This document shows positions 52,001-62,056 of a stretch of DNA of 64,000 nucleotides, in pieces. The stretch's first letter is position 1; each line of letters opens with the position of its first letter. A model generated the notes under the pieces. The model ran no database searches, had not been told where the DNA came from, and was given only the letters and a program-made list of their open reading frames with translations. The stretch spans positions 10,416,001-10,480,000 of the forward strand of contig JBHGNT010000020.1 of NCBI GenBank assembly GCA_043228905.1, read 5' to 3'. This DNA is from Azolla caroliniana. Its lineage: Eukaryota > Plantae > Polypodiophyta. The translations under genes were made by a program, and so were the position numbers.

Positions 52001-53098
52001 GGGTACATGTCGGACATTGTGGAGTACAAGTGTAGAGCCACCGGCAAGGTTGAGCTCTACTGTGCCGATTCCGATGATGTCACAGTGTTGCGAGTTGCCG
52101 ACCCGAACTGAGTCGGAGTGACGGATCGTATATTGCCGAAATTGGGATCGATGAGGAGTCACGTGAAATGACGCACCCGAATCCAAGAGCCATGTGCTCG
52201 ATTCTTCAGTCGTGAGCAGAACTTCTGATCCGGCTGGATTTTCGATTGATAGTATATTCGGGTCGTCCGGTAGTACATCAGCTGAGAAGCTGACGTAATT
52301 GATCTCCTCATGCCGGCCACTCTTCTTGTTGTTCTTGTTCTTGAGTGCGCGGCAGTCGGCTTTGATGTGTCCGGGTTTCTTGCAATAGTTGCAGATTCGG
52401 TTATCCCGTGACTGGCTCCGTCTTCGCTGATTGTTCGGCGGCCGTGAGGAATCTCTTCCTCGTATGTTCGATCGGTCTGTCGAACCTTGTACTACATAAG
52501 CGTCGTCTGTTGAGTCTTTGGCGAAAGACTTTCTCCGAGCTGCTTCGGTCAGGATTGCGCTCGTGACTTCGGAGTATTTAACAGCCGTGGTTGACGCGTT
52601 GCACACGGTTGTGACGAAAGTTTCCCATGATGAGGGAAGGCTGCTCATGAGTATCATTGCTCTGAGTTCATCCTCGATTGCCGTCCCCTGAGATGAGATT
52701 TGGGAGCTGATGCTTTCGTACTCATTGAGGTGTGCTTGAACCGAATCGGATTCTTTCATCCGCAAGTTGTAGAGGCGCCGGATCAGAAACATCTTCGTTG
52801 CGGCGACCTTCTTTTCGTAAGTGTCCGACAGTGTTTTCCACAGTTCGAATGCTGTCGTACACGATTGCACCGTAAAATATACCGATTCCGATAGGTGCAT
52901 CCGAATCGTGGCGCGGACGATTCTGTCCAGCTTCTGCCACTCAATTGGTTTGTATCCTTCTGGAGGTTCTTCATTTTCGATGGGATCGATTTGTCCCTTG
53001 ACTATGAGATAGTCCTGCATTTGCTCCTTCCAGAAGTTGAAGTTCGATCCATCGAACTTTCGTAGACTCATTTCTGACGAGCCGGATGTTGATGCCAT
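49085..53098 (-). CDS. Copia gag-pol polyprotein
   Basis: Uninterrupted ORF nearly identical to copy A; retains WLLDSGAS and EALWL. Confidence 0.97.
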   Translation of the reverse strand: MASTSGSSEMSLRKFDGSNFNFWKEQMQDYLIVKGQIDPIENEEPPEGYKPIEWQKLDRIVRATIRMHLSESVYFTVQSCTTAFELWKTLSDTYEKKVAATKMFLIRRLYNLRMKESDSVQAHLNEYESISSQISSQGTAIEDELRAMILMSSLPSSWETFVTTVCNASTTAVKYSEVTSAILTEAARRKSFAKDSTDDAYVVQGSTDRSNIRGRDSSRPPNNQRRRSQSRDNRICNYCKKPGHIKADCRALKNKNNKKSGRHEEINYVSFSADVLPDDPNILSIENPAGSEVLLTTEESSTWLLDSGASFHVTPHRSQFRQYTIRHSDSVRVGNSQHCDIIGIGTVELNLAGGSTLVLHNVRHVPELSRPLISVGQLDEDGIRAGFSSGGWTLHRGNLLLARGPKIHSLYPLHVTLREGNLFLVDIPVSSLWHRRLGHLSKAGITHLSRAGYIPKLSFSDHQFCEHCQYGKQVAASHPTSAPRETRPLDLVHSDVCGPMPHQSLGGASYFVTFIDDSTRKVWAYPIRTKDRVFSIFSDWLAMVENQTGRKLKCFRTDNGGEFKSEEFVKFCRQRGIRREFTAPHSPEQNGIAERMNRTIQERIVSMLQHSGLSDGFWAEALLTAVHIINMSPSRPLGLQIPQELWIGSKPNYDKLRIFGCEAYALIPKDDRRKLAPRSRKCIFLGYGSDGEMGYRLWDPERRQIVRSSDVVFNESAMNPSVEKPIEVRRVTFSDVPTLQEGPALNTRSASRVAEPYTTDSDNPDSAQQNNPLSDRPTSIPDATSPILPRRSERLSQPPERYSPGIFFTDAGEPTSYEEASTSVDSATWHLAMESEMHSIRANKTWDLVELPRNRRALPCKWVYRLKETSDSTTPKYKARLVAKGFRQEYGVDFDEIFSPVVKMTTLRFLLGVVAADNLELIQLDVKTAFLHGDLEEEIYMEQPKGFVATGQEHLVCRLRKSLYGLKQAPRQWYKKFDDFIQSIGFSKSDEDHCLFTNTAQDGSPIFLIIYVDDMLISGRHAGELADLIRQLRLKFAMKDLGPARHILGMKISRHRDKRHLFLSQTDYIGRVLERFNMQSAKSASTPLPMNLRLSQRDCPTSGPEGEDMKSVPYAPAVGSLMYLMVATRPDISHAVGVVSRFMHNPGRSHWNAVKHVFRYLAGTKDHGILFGPNRTSGVVGYTDSDFAGCIDSRKSTTGYCFKFGNGAISWKSKLQECTATSTTEAEYVAASDAAKEALWLGRLAHTFRQVDHDSAPVVYSDSQGAVALSKNPVHHNASKHIDVRYHFVRDCVISGKIGLEKISTTDNVADGMTKCLSADRFRSLRHQMGVTTNQSG

Positions 53099-53622
53099 CA
53101 AATTCGGTTTTGGTTGACGAAGCTCGGTTCGGAGTTGACTACGAACCTTGTTGGAGTGCAGCCGGTTGGCTCACCCGATATCGTTCTAGTCGGATTTGAA
53201 CCCGAGTCGGTTCGGCTTCGGAACTTGCTCGAATTGACTCCGGTAGTTGGAGGGACAGAACCGACTGGTCTTCCCGAATGTTGCCGAGTCGGAGTGAGCC
53301 CGGTTCGCTTCGGATATATATGCCGAATACCGATTATTTAAACCGATTATCTGGACCGATTCTGCTTCGGGTGACTGCAGCGACGAGAGAGACGGATCCA
53401 ACTGATCCTCCCGAATGTCGATCAGCCAGATGAAGCACGAATTTGGGGCTGTTGTCTTAAGACCGATCTGCACCGAGTGGTTACAACGAGCGGCGTTTGA
53501 TTACCTCTTCGGATGCCGTTTAACCGAGTGGAGCACGATCGTGTCAATGTTGCACAAGGGGATTTCACCTCGAGCGGTTACGATCACAAGGAGGGAAGTA
53601 CAACCTGCTGGCTTACTCCAAG

Positions 53623-54720
53623 CAAAAATGATCTAACGCGATGAGATGCAAACCTGTTTTTCTTCTTCTTCTCTCTTCTTCGAATGACGCAGGAAACCGA
53701 ATGCTGAGACGACGGCCGACAGCGGATTGAAGGACCGACTACTGTGCAGGCTCTGATACCAGATGTTGGAAGCGAGGTCGTCTTTGCGGAAGATCTTGAA
53801 GCATTCAGTTCTGTTCTTCTCCTGCGTATGACAGAATGTAGGTCGTTGCACAGAGAGAGAGAGAGAGAGACACAAAAGAGTCTTTATTCCATAAAGCAAA
53901 AATACAACAATCCAACCTTACAAAGAGGTTACAAGGTCACTATATATAGTGACTGACTTAGGGCAACTACCCTTTATGCTAATTACATCAAAAATGATCT
54001 AACGCGATGAGATGCAAACCTGTTTTTCTTCTTCTTCTCTCTTCTTCGAATGACGCAGGAAACCGAATGCTGAGACGACGGCCGACAGCGGATTGAAGGA
54101 CCGACTACTGTGCAGGCTCTGATACCAGATGTTGGAAGCGAGGTCGTCTTTGCGGAAGATCTTGAAGCATTCAGTTCTGTTCTTCTCCTGCGTATGACAG
54201 AATGTAGGTCGTTGCACAGAGAGAGAGAGAGAGAGACACAAAAGAGTCTTTATTCCATAAAGCAAAAATACAACAATCCAACCTTACAAAGAGGTTACAA
54301 GGTCACTATATATAGTGACTGACTTAGGGCAACTACCCTTTATGCTAATTACATCAAAAATGATCTAACGCGATGAGATGCAAACCTGTTTTTCTTCTTC
54401 TTCTCTCTTCTTCGAATGACGCAGGAAACCGAATGCTGAGACGACGGCCGACAGCGGATTGAAGGGCCGACTACTGTGCAGGCTCTGATACCAGATGTTG
54501 GAAGCGAGGTCGTCTTTGCGGAAGATCTTGAAGCATTCAGTTCTATTCTTCTCCTGCGTATGACAGAATGTAGGTCGTTGCACAGAGAGAGAGAGAGAGA
54601 GACACAAAAGAGTCTTTATTCCATAAAGCAAAAATACAACAATCCAACCTTACAAAGAGGTTACAAGGTCACTATATATAGTGACTGACTTAGGGCAACT
54701 ACCCTTTATGCTAATTACAT
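53623..54720 (-). repeat. 366-bp tandem triplication of partial LTR + PBS + 5' leader
   Basis: Units start at 53623, 53989 and 54355; each contains GCTCTGATACCA. Confidence 0.95.
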
Positions 54721-55009
54721 AAATGGCCAAAACGGGATAATGTGAATACGTCCATTATACACATGTATTCGACAAAATGAACATGGGAGTGGAGGATCTA
54801 CAATGTATCCCACTCAAGTACAAAATCCTATTTAAGGTTTTAAGGTCAACACACTACTAGATTTTATCTAGGTAACTACTAAGTTATGTGTGTTAACTAA
54901 CTAACTAAATCTAGTTGAGCTTGATATCTCAACAGTTAGGATTTGTGTGTGATGACTCGAGTATTACACTAAAGAGAACACTTAGAAGGTTTGAGTTCAT
55001 TATATGTGT

Positions 55010-55650
55010 AGGCCTTGCCTTATTCACACATCAAGACTTGGTGCTTCCAAAGTATTAACATCTCTTCTTAGGATGGAGACATGCATCGCGAAAACTCGTG
55101 TACTCGGGGTCAAGATTGGCCTCTCTATGGACACTAAAAGCAACACTCGCACATCGCGAAAACTCGTGTACTCGAGGTCAAGATTGACCTCTCTATGGAT
55201 GCAAAAAGCAACACTCATACATCGAGACATTGTGCTTCAGAAGTATGAACGAACATCTCTTGTTAGGAAGGAGAGATGCATCAAGAAAACTCGTGTACTC
55301 GGGGGTCAGAACTGCCTTATTCACACATCAAGACTTTGTGCTTCCAAAGTATTAACATCTCTTCTTAGGAAGGAGACACGCATCGAGAAAACTCGTGTAC
55401 TCGGGGTCAAGATTGGCCTCTCTATGGACACTAAAAAGAAACACTCGCACATCGAGAAACGTTGTGTACTCGGGATCAAGATTGGCCTCTCTATGGAAGC
55501 AAAAAGCAACACTCAACACATTGAGATATTGTGCTTCAGAAGTATGAACGAACATCTCTTGTTAAGAAGGAGAGAGGCATCGAGAAAACTCGTGTACTCG
55601 GGTCGGGGGTCAGAACTGGGCCTCTCTATGGACACTAAAATGAACACCTA
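55010..55650. repeat. Higher-order tandem repeat (about 300-bp units with ACTCGTGTACTCGGGGTCAAGATTGGCCTCTCTATGG subunits)
   Basis: TGCCTTATTCACACATCAAGACTT at about 55016 and 55313; subunit recurs about 6 times. Confidence 0.8.
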
Positions 55651-55941
55651 AATCTAATCAAAGCTTCATCTCCGTTTCCCTAGAAAATTTCCATTATCTC
55701 CCAGGAATGGGCCCCTCTTGCACGTTTTCATTATTTCCCGAAATACCCCTCATACATGTTTTCATTATTTCCTGAGATGCCCTTCCTGCACGTTTTCATT
55801 ATTTCCCGTGATGCCCCTCGCCACAGACAGAAGAAAGAAAGGGAAAGAAAGCAGAAGGAAAAAGGAAGTACTGCAGACGACAGATCAGACAGAAAGAGGA
55901 CGAAAGCTTCCATCGCCATCGCCATCGCCATCGCCATCGCC

Positions 55942-58900
55942 ATGGACGAGTACGCGAGAGAGATGATGGACCTGAAGACGCTCGTCACTCGAGTTCTGGA
56001 GAAGAGAGGCGTTCTTGCTAGAATCCGTGTAAGTTCTCTTGTTTTCTCTTCTCTGTTTATGTGAATGTATGTGCGCGCGCGCTCGCACGCTTTCCATTAA
56101 TTCCAGAAATCTCCGTTCTTCTTCTTCTTCTTCTTTCGGGAAATAATTCTTCGATCTACACCTTCCGGAAGTTTCATTTTTCCTTCTTCTTCTTTCCTTT
56201 CGCTATGATTTCTCTGTTTCCTTTTGGGATGGTTCTGTCTTTCTTTCTGTCTATCGCTCTCACTTGTTCAGCGGATCTTCAACAGAGTAGGAGACCTTCT
56301 TCTACCTCTGACAGCTCTTCCTGCCTTTTTTATTCTCTTTATCCACCTTGCATTTCATACATACATTCATTAAAGATTTACAGTTTCTCTTTTGTTCTTG
56401 AGTTTTTTCGTGTCTGTATTTACGAGATTTGGTAATTTAGAAACAATCCCTCGTTTAGAATTGAATGATAAGACATGGTGATCTTCTTCGGGAAAGTTAT
56501 CTGCAAGAAGAGCTCATTTCTTAGTCCAAATTTTGTGTTTTAAATCCATATAAGAAATGCAGTTTATCCCCTCATCTGTTCACAGACGTGGGGAATGTCT
56601 ATATTCATGGTTATGTGTAAGGTAAATTCATTTCCTTCTCAATATAATCTGGAATGAGAGTTCATTTGTAGTATAAAGTTGCTATACAAAATTCAGATAA
56701 ACAATGCAGTTTTTCACTGCCCCTTGCTCACAGACATGGAGACCTCCTTTTCATGTCTGTATTCATGATTATCTAGTAAGGTCAATTCATGTTTGCATGT
56801 GCATGTGTGTGTATTTATAGACACATATATGTATTTAAACATACATTTAAATTCTTTCTCCCGAAGTGCATTTAACAATGCAGTTTCTACTTTCTTGTAC
56901 AGAGACATGTAGATAATGTATTCATGATTTGGCGTATGGTTGCTGTCAACAGAAATATTTGGGTTTTGACTGTAATGTGGTTATTCTAGCAAACTTTGAA
57001 AAACTTAGGGATATTCTGATATCTAACATTTATGTATTTATGTTTGTGTATGTTTATGCACATATATGTAAGTGAATATATATAGTATCACACACACATT
57101 CATATGTATATGTGTGTATGTATGTATATCTGCATAAACTCTAGGTTTTGAGTAATTATACATACATATATGTGTATATGTATACACAACCTAAGATATG
57201 TGTATTTATGTATAAACTAAATTTTGAGTTATAAGTACCTATGGGTCTGGTATCACATAGGAATCATAACAGATTATATTTTGTTTCCACATCCAAAGTG
57301 TATAATGTCATCAAATAGATATGCTAATTTAGGGAATTGGGAATTCCAGCACTGGCCAATTTCATTATAGTTAAGTCCTGTCTAATATGGTCTCTTGATT
57401 TGTCACAGGCAGAATTAAGAGCAAACGTCTTTGCTGCAATAGAAGAAGAAGATAGAGCTATAGAGAATGAAGAGAATCCTACCTTTGCTTTGTTGGGAGC
57501 ATGCAATGAACGTGCAAAAGAGCTCCATGCATCTCCCACAGGTGTGTTATAATGTCTTATTAAGATCTAGAACGGACAATAATATGACTGGGTAAAATAT
57601 AAAGACACATGAATATTCTATTCCCCAAAGGATTGATTGGTATATGTGAGCAAATAAAGACAGTGAATCAATTGAGATATTTTCTGTGCACTAGGTACAA
57701 CATTGATGTAGATAACATCTGAACATGGTCTGTTAATTGTGTGAATTCACACTGTTGAAGTTTTGTTGGAAACTCATGTGTCTTTGCAAGAGATCCCATA
57801 AATATATAGGTTAAAAACACCAGGTGCTGCATTGAAATATAGATAAAAACATCTGAATATCGTATTGGTATAATTATGTGAACACTCATTGTTAAAGTTC
57901 CGTTAAAAACTTCCTTGTCTCCACAAGACATCCCATATATATAGAGGTAAAAGATTGGAGCATCTTAAGGTGAATATTCTATTCCCCAAAGGATTGATCA
58001 GTGTAAATGAGCAAATAAAGACAGTGAGACAATTGGGATCTTTTTCTGCCTACTAGGTATCTCATTGATATCGATAAAAACATCTGAACATGGTATCGGT
58101 ATGATTGTGTGAATGTTCCTGGTTGAAGTTTTGCTGAAAACTTGCTTGCTAGATCACATATACAGACTGGTAAAAAACAAGAACTGAACATGCTTTTACA
58201 TATTGGTGTGGATGCTCACTGTTGAAGTTATAGAAAATTTCCTTTCATCCTCACACTAGACCCCATATGGATATAGATAAAAAAACGTTTGAACCCAGCA
58301 TAGTATATTTGTGTGAGTTGCTAAGTCTCGCAATAATACTTTCTGAAAGCCTTCATTTGTATCCCTACGAGATTCTATGTGGATATAGATACGAATTTCT
58401 GAACACTTATATTTGAATAAATTGTTGAATGCACTTTGCTTACTACTAAATTGTTTCCTTTCCTCAGGCAAACTTTTGACAGCACTTATTTGTGACTATT
58501 TGGAATGGTGCCATTTGGAGCATACCTTGAAGGTTTATCTGCCTGAATGTAATCTGGTAATATGATCCCAGAAGGATATGCAAGTTTTCCTGGCAATCTA
58601 TTATTGTGATTTATATAATAACCTGATGAAAAGTCTTCTTTCCCAGCCTAGGGGATTTTGGAAATCAGAGCTGAAAGAGAAACTTGGTCAGAAGTCAGAT
58701 TCTGTACAAGGCAATGATGGACCTCTTTTGGTCGAGATTCTGGAATCATACTTAAAGCTTCAGGTATATATTTTTCTAGCTAAATTAAAATGTTTGATTA
58801 TGCATCGAAAGGGACTTCTATGATGCAAATTTTGCTACATTTTGGATGTTGGCCTAAGTTGATAATTCAACTGTTGATGCAGGCCATACTTAATGATGTG

Positions 58901-61900
58901 TCTTATCCTTTGAGATATAATGGCCTATCCTCATCCATAGCTATATTTACCTTCACAGTGAAGAATATTCCACTAAGGTAGTGAGAAAACTCCCTAGTGT
59001 TTATTTCCCCAGATGGCATAATCTGAAAGATTTTGTATCAAATTATGAGTTTAATTCTTTAAACTTGGATTGGGACTTGTTATGTCATTTTCCCAATATA
59101 ACTGTCTATATTTGAAGCATTTCCAGTCAGAGGTTTGACTAGGCCAAATCAAAATAATGCAGAACAGATTCCACTTTACATTTTATAGATAGAGACCATC
59201 TGGATATTCCCTTGAATTTTGGTTATGCTGGATCTCATCTATCATGCATACATGCATACATTCATCAGAAAACATATACTCAGAGGCCGATTAGATTTCT
59301 GTTTTGGAAGAGCACCTAAATACACCTAACTTGTTAGGTATTAATACTTCAGCATAAGGGTACTCTGGTTTGAAAACTTAGGGGGTTTCTGTTAAATACC
59401 CAGCAAGGTAAGGTCATTTTTGGGGTTTGCATTTCCAAAGGATATGGATTGTATAGGGGATGTTACTTATTCTTTAATACTCCATTTTTTTTTCACCTAG
59501 GTAGCAGCAAAATACAGTCTTGTTAGGTATTTATACATCAGCATAAGGGTATTCTGGTTTGAAAACTTAGGGGGTATTCTGTTAAATACCCAGAAGTTAA
59601 GGTCATTTTTGGTGTTTTGCATTTCCAAAGGATATGGATTAGATGGGAGAAATTGCTTTTTTTTAATACTCAATTTATTTTCACCTAAGCAGCAACAAAA
59701 TACAGACTCCAATTTAACTGGGAGCTTTGCAAAACTAGCAATACGAAGGACATCACAAGACACTCTTGCATCTGATGACTCACAAGGTGAAACTGTAGAG
59801 AAGAACAACACAAATAGGAGATCATCATCAGCGTCTTCGACAGGAAACCTTCTCCCGTCAGGGCGTAGAGGGTAAGTGCACTTTTCCATTTATTCATAAT
59901 TTACCAAAATTCCCAAACTATCCCTTGTCTTTTCAATATTCCCCAGAAACTATTTTCTCTCGTATCTCTCTATATTTATCACTGTAGAGAGAGATGGATG
60001 ATACAATTTTACATTGTATAAGAGAGGGAAAGACACATGCACTCTCTGTCTGAATGGGTGATAATGGATGCTGGATGTATCAGCTTTATACCAATAGCTC
60101 ACATTTGGCTGCTAAAGGATGTTAATATAAAATCATCTTTCTTATCTCCTTCCAGAAATCATAGGGAGAGAAAATCCATGAGTTTGGAAAAATGTAGAAT
60201 ATTTTGGGAGTACCGTTTCTAGGGCAATTTTGTGAAAAAGAGGGGGGATTTCGCTGAATTTCCATTTATTATTAAAGATGATTCAATGTCTTTCGGATGA
60301 TTGCAAGTGTTCACTTATCATAGATGCTGTTTGACTCAGGCCAAGTCCAATTGGTCAGACCCGGAATTCGACAATTCCCACAAGAAATTATGATGTGTCG
60401 ACTGCAAATGATCGCAACACAATAGAAGAATCAGGTGTGATTTCAATTTCTTTTGAAGTATACCCTTAAGAAATAATGCTAGGTGAATATACATCTGAAT
60501 TTAGCCTAATGCATATCTTATTTCTATGTTGCTCTCTAGATTTAATTTAGTCAAATAAGAGAATTAGCAAGACTTAGGGTTTATGGATATCTGCATTGAT
60601 GAGCAGCACTATATAAATGGGGTTATGCATCAGAATATGCCCATGTGCATATCCTTATTTGTCTTCTGGTATCTAGATTTAGTCAAATAAGCGAATAAGT
60701 TTTTAGTCTTAAGTTTAAGGAAATAAGATATTTGATATGGCAATATGCATTGATAAGAGCAGCAGTTTTATGAGCATAAGATATGCATCAAAATACACGC
60801 ATGTATGCATATCGTTATTTGTATGCTGCTGGGTAGATTGAGTCAAATAAGAGAATGGATGATTACTCTTGAGATTCAGAAAGAAAACAAGCTATTTTAC
60901 ATTGGAATATGCATTGATGAGCAGCAATTCATGCTTGATCAAACTAAGCGGTTGCTAATATTTGCTATTAATGCAAGAAAAATGCACTTGGTATTTACTT
61001 TGAGTGAAAAATGAAAAGTTAGTGAACAAATTTGCAAGACAGTGGAGTTAACCTTTTGAAGATTCTGAATTGAGCTGGCGGGGCTGAAAGATGCCTGTAA
61101 CTAATTTTATGGCCACTTTATCAGCCTTTAAAGTAAAGAGAACTCTGCTCACAGACACAGACTCCATTGAGACTGTTGGAGATGTTAATGAAAACACTCA
61201 AAGTTTGCTTGGTGATATGGTCAAAATCCATGAAGATGCATCATTTAACAAAGGTCAGGATTTGGATATGCTGCATTCTGAAAAGATATCAGATGGAAGT
61301 GAGAGTGAGAATAAAAGTCAACATCTAAACATGTTCTGGAGGTATTAAAAAATCTTTCAGAGTGATCAAGAAATAGTTATGAAGATAAGCAAGAAAATTT
61401 ACAGAATAGATGCTTATGAATATTGAATCATCAATGCTCTAATTTGATGTTTGAATTACTGTTGACTAGTTTTTCCTTCTGCTACTTTGACACCATTGCA
61501 GGAAAGGCACGACAGTAACTTCTTTTGACAATTCCTTTCTTGAGTAAGTCTTTTTAAAATTGTATTTTGTGAATTTTTAACATTTCCGATGTAGATACTC
61601 AATGATAGTCAGCCTTTGCATGTAAATTGTTTGATTTCTATGATGCTAAACTACCAACTTTATTTGCAAGTGTTGTTTGGTTGCCTATAGAGGGTGAAAA
61701 GAAAGCTTCCTGTCTTGTGAAATGCATGGATTATATTTCTTGAGTATTTGATTTGTTCAATTGTCTGAGTATGTAATGTTTGATGCTATCTTCACCTCAC
61801 ATTGAGGTTTCCCATTAGTAATACAAGTATTTCTAGTTTTCTTCTGATTCTATCATCTATTTTACTGAGGCATTTTGAGAGTGGTGAAAAAGAAGCTTCT

Positions 61901-62056
61901 GTAATTGTGTTGTGAAATGAAAGTATGTGTTTTGTTGTTGAATAATCTATATTTGATGCCAAATAAAATATTGTATCTGAAATATGCAGAGGTCTTGAGG
62001 AGATCATGGAGGAAGAAGATGCGTCTTTCGAGAAAGAAAGTTGCACATCTGCATAA
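55942..62056 (+). CDS. TON1: TONNEAU1 (FOP/LisH microtubule/preprophase-band protein); exons 55942-56028, 57409-57541, 58468-58556, 58647-58763, 59690-59871, 60340-60434, 61125-61341, 61502-61543, 61990-62056
   Basis: MDEYAREMMDLKTLVTRVLEKRGVLARIR-AELRANVFAAIEEED...LHASPTG-KLLTALICDYLEWCHLEHTLKVYLPECNL...GPLLVEILESYLK matches the known TON1 N-terminus; GT-AG junctions in phase; last exons less certain. Confidence 0.9.
59331..59708 (+). repeat. 189-bp tandem duplication spanning the TON1 intron 4/exon 5 boundary
   Basis: TTGTTAGGTAT...CAGCATAAGGGTA at 59331 and 59520. Confidence 0.8.

Larger units (their letters stand above)
48613..54774 (-). mobile_element. Intact Ty1/Copia (copy B, same family as A); LTRs 48613-48891 and 54496-54774
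   Basis: 279-bp near-identical LTRs; TSD AAATG at 48608-48612 and 54775-54779; PBS, PPT and full ORF. Confidence 0.97.
47866..54934 (-). mobile_element. Older truncated Copia (LTR 48329-48612 + 54780-54934, PBS 48317-48328, gag N-terminal fragment), interrupted by Copia B
   Basis: GCTCTAATACCA next to TGTTAAT; LTR ends CTCAACA; gag EKLDRSNYSSWKYKMNQYLVGQG. Confidence 0.7.

Noticed and set aside
53633-54688. Three identical 88-aa/70-aa ORF pairs as a tandem gene cluster
   Set aside because: They come from the triplicated Copia LTR/leader.
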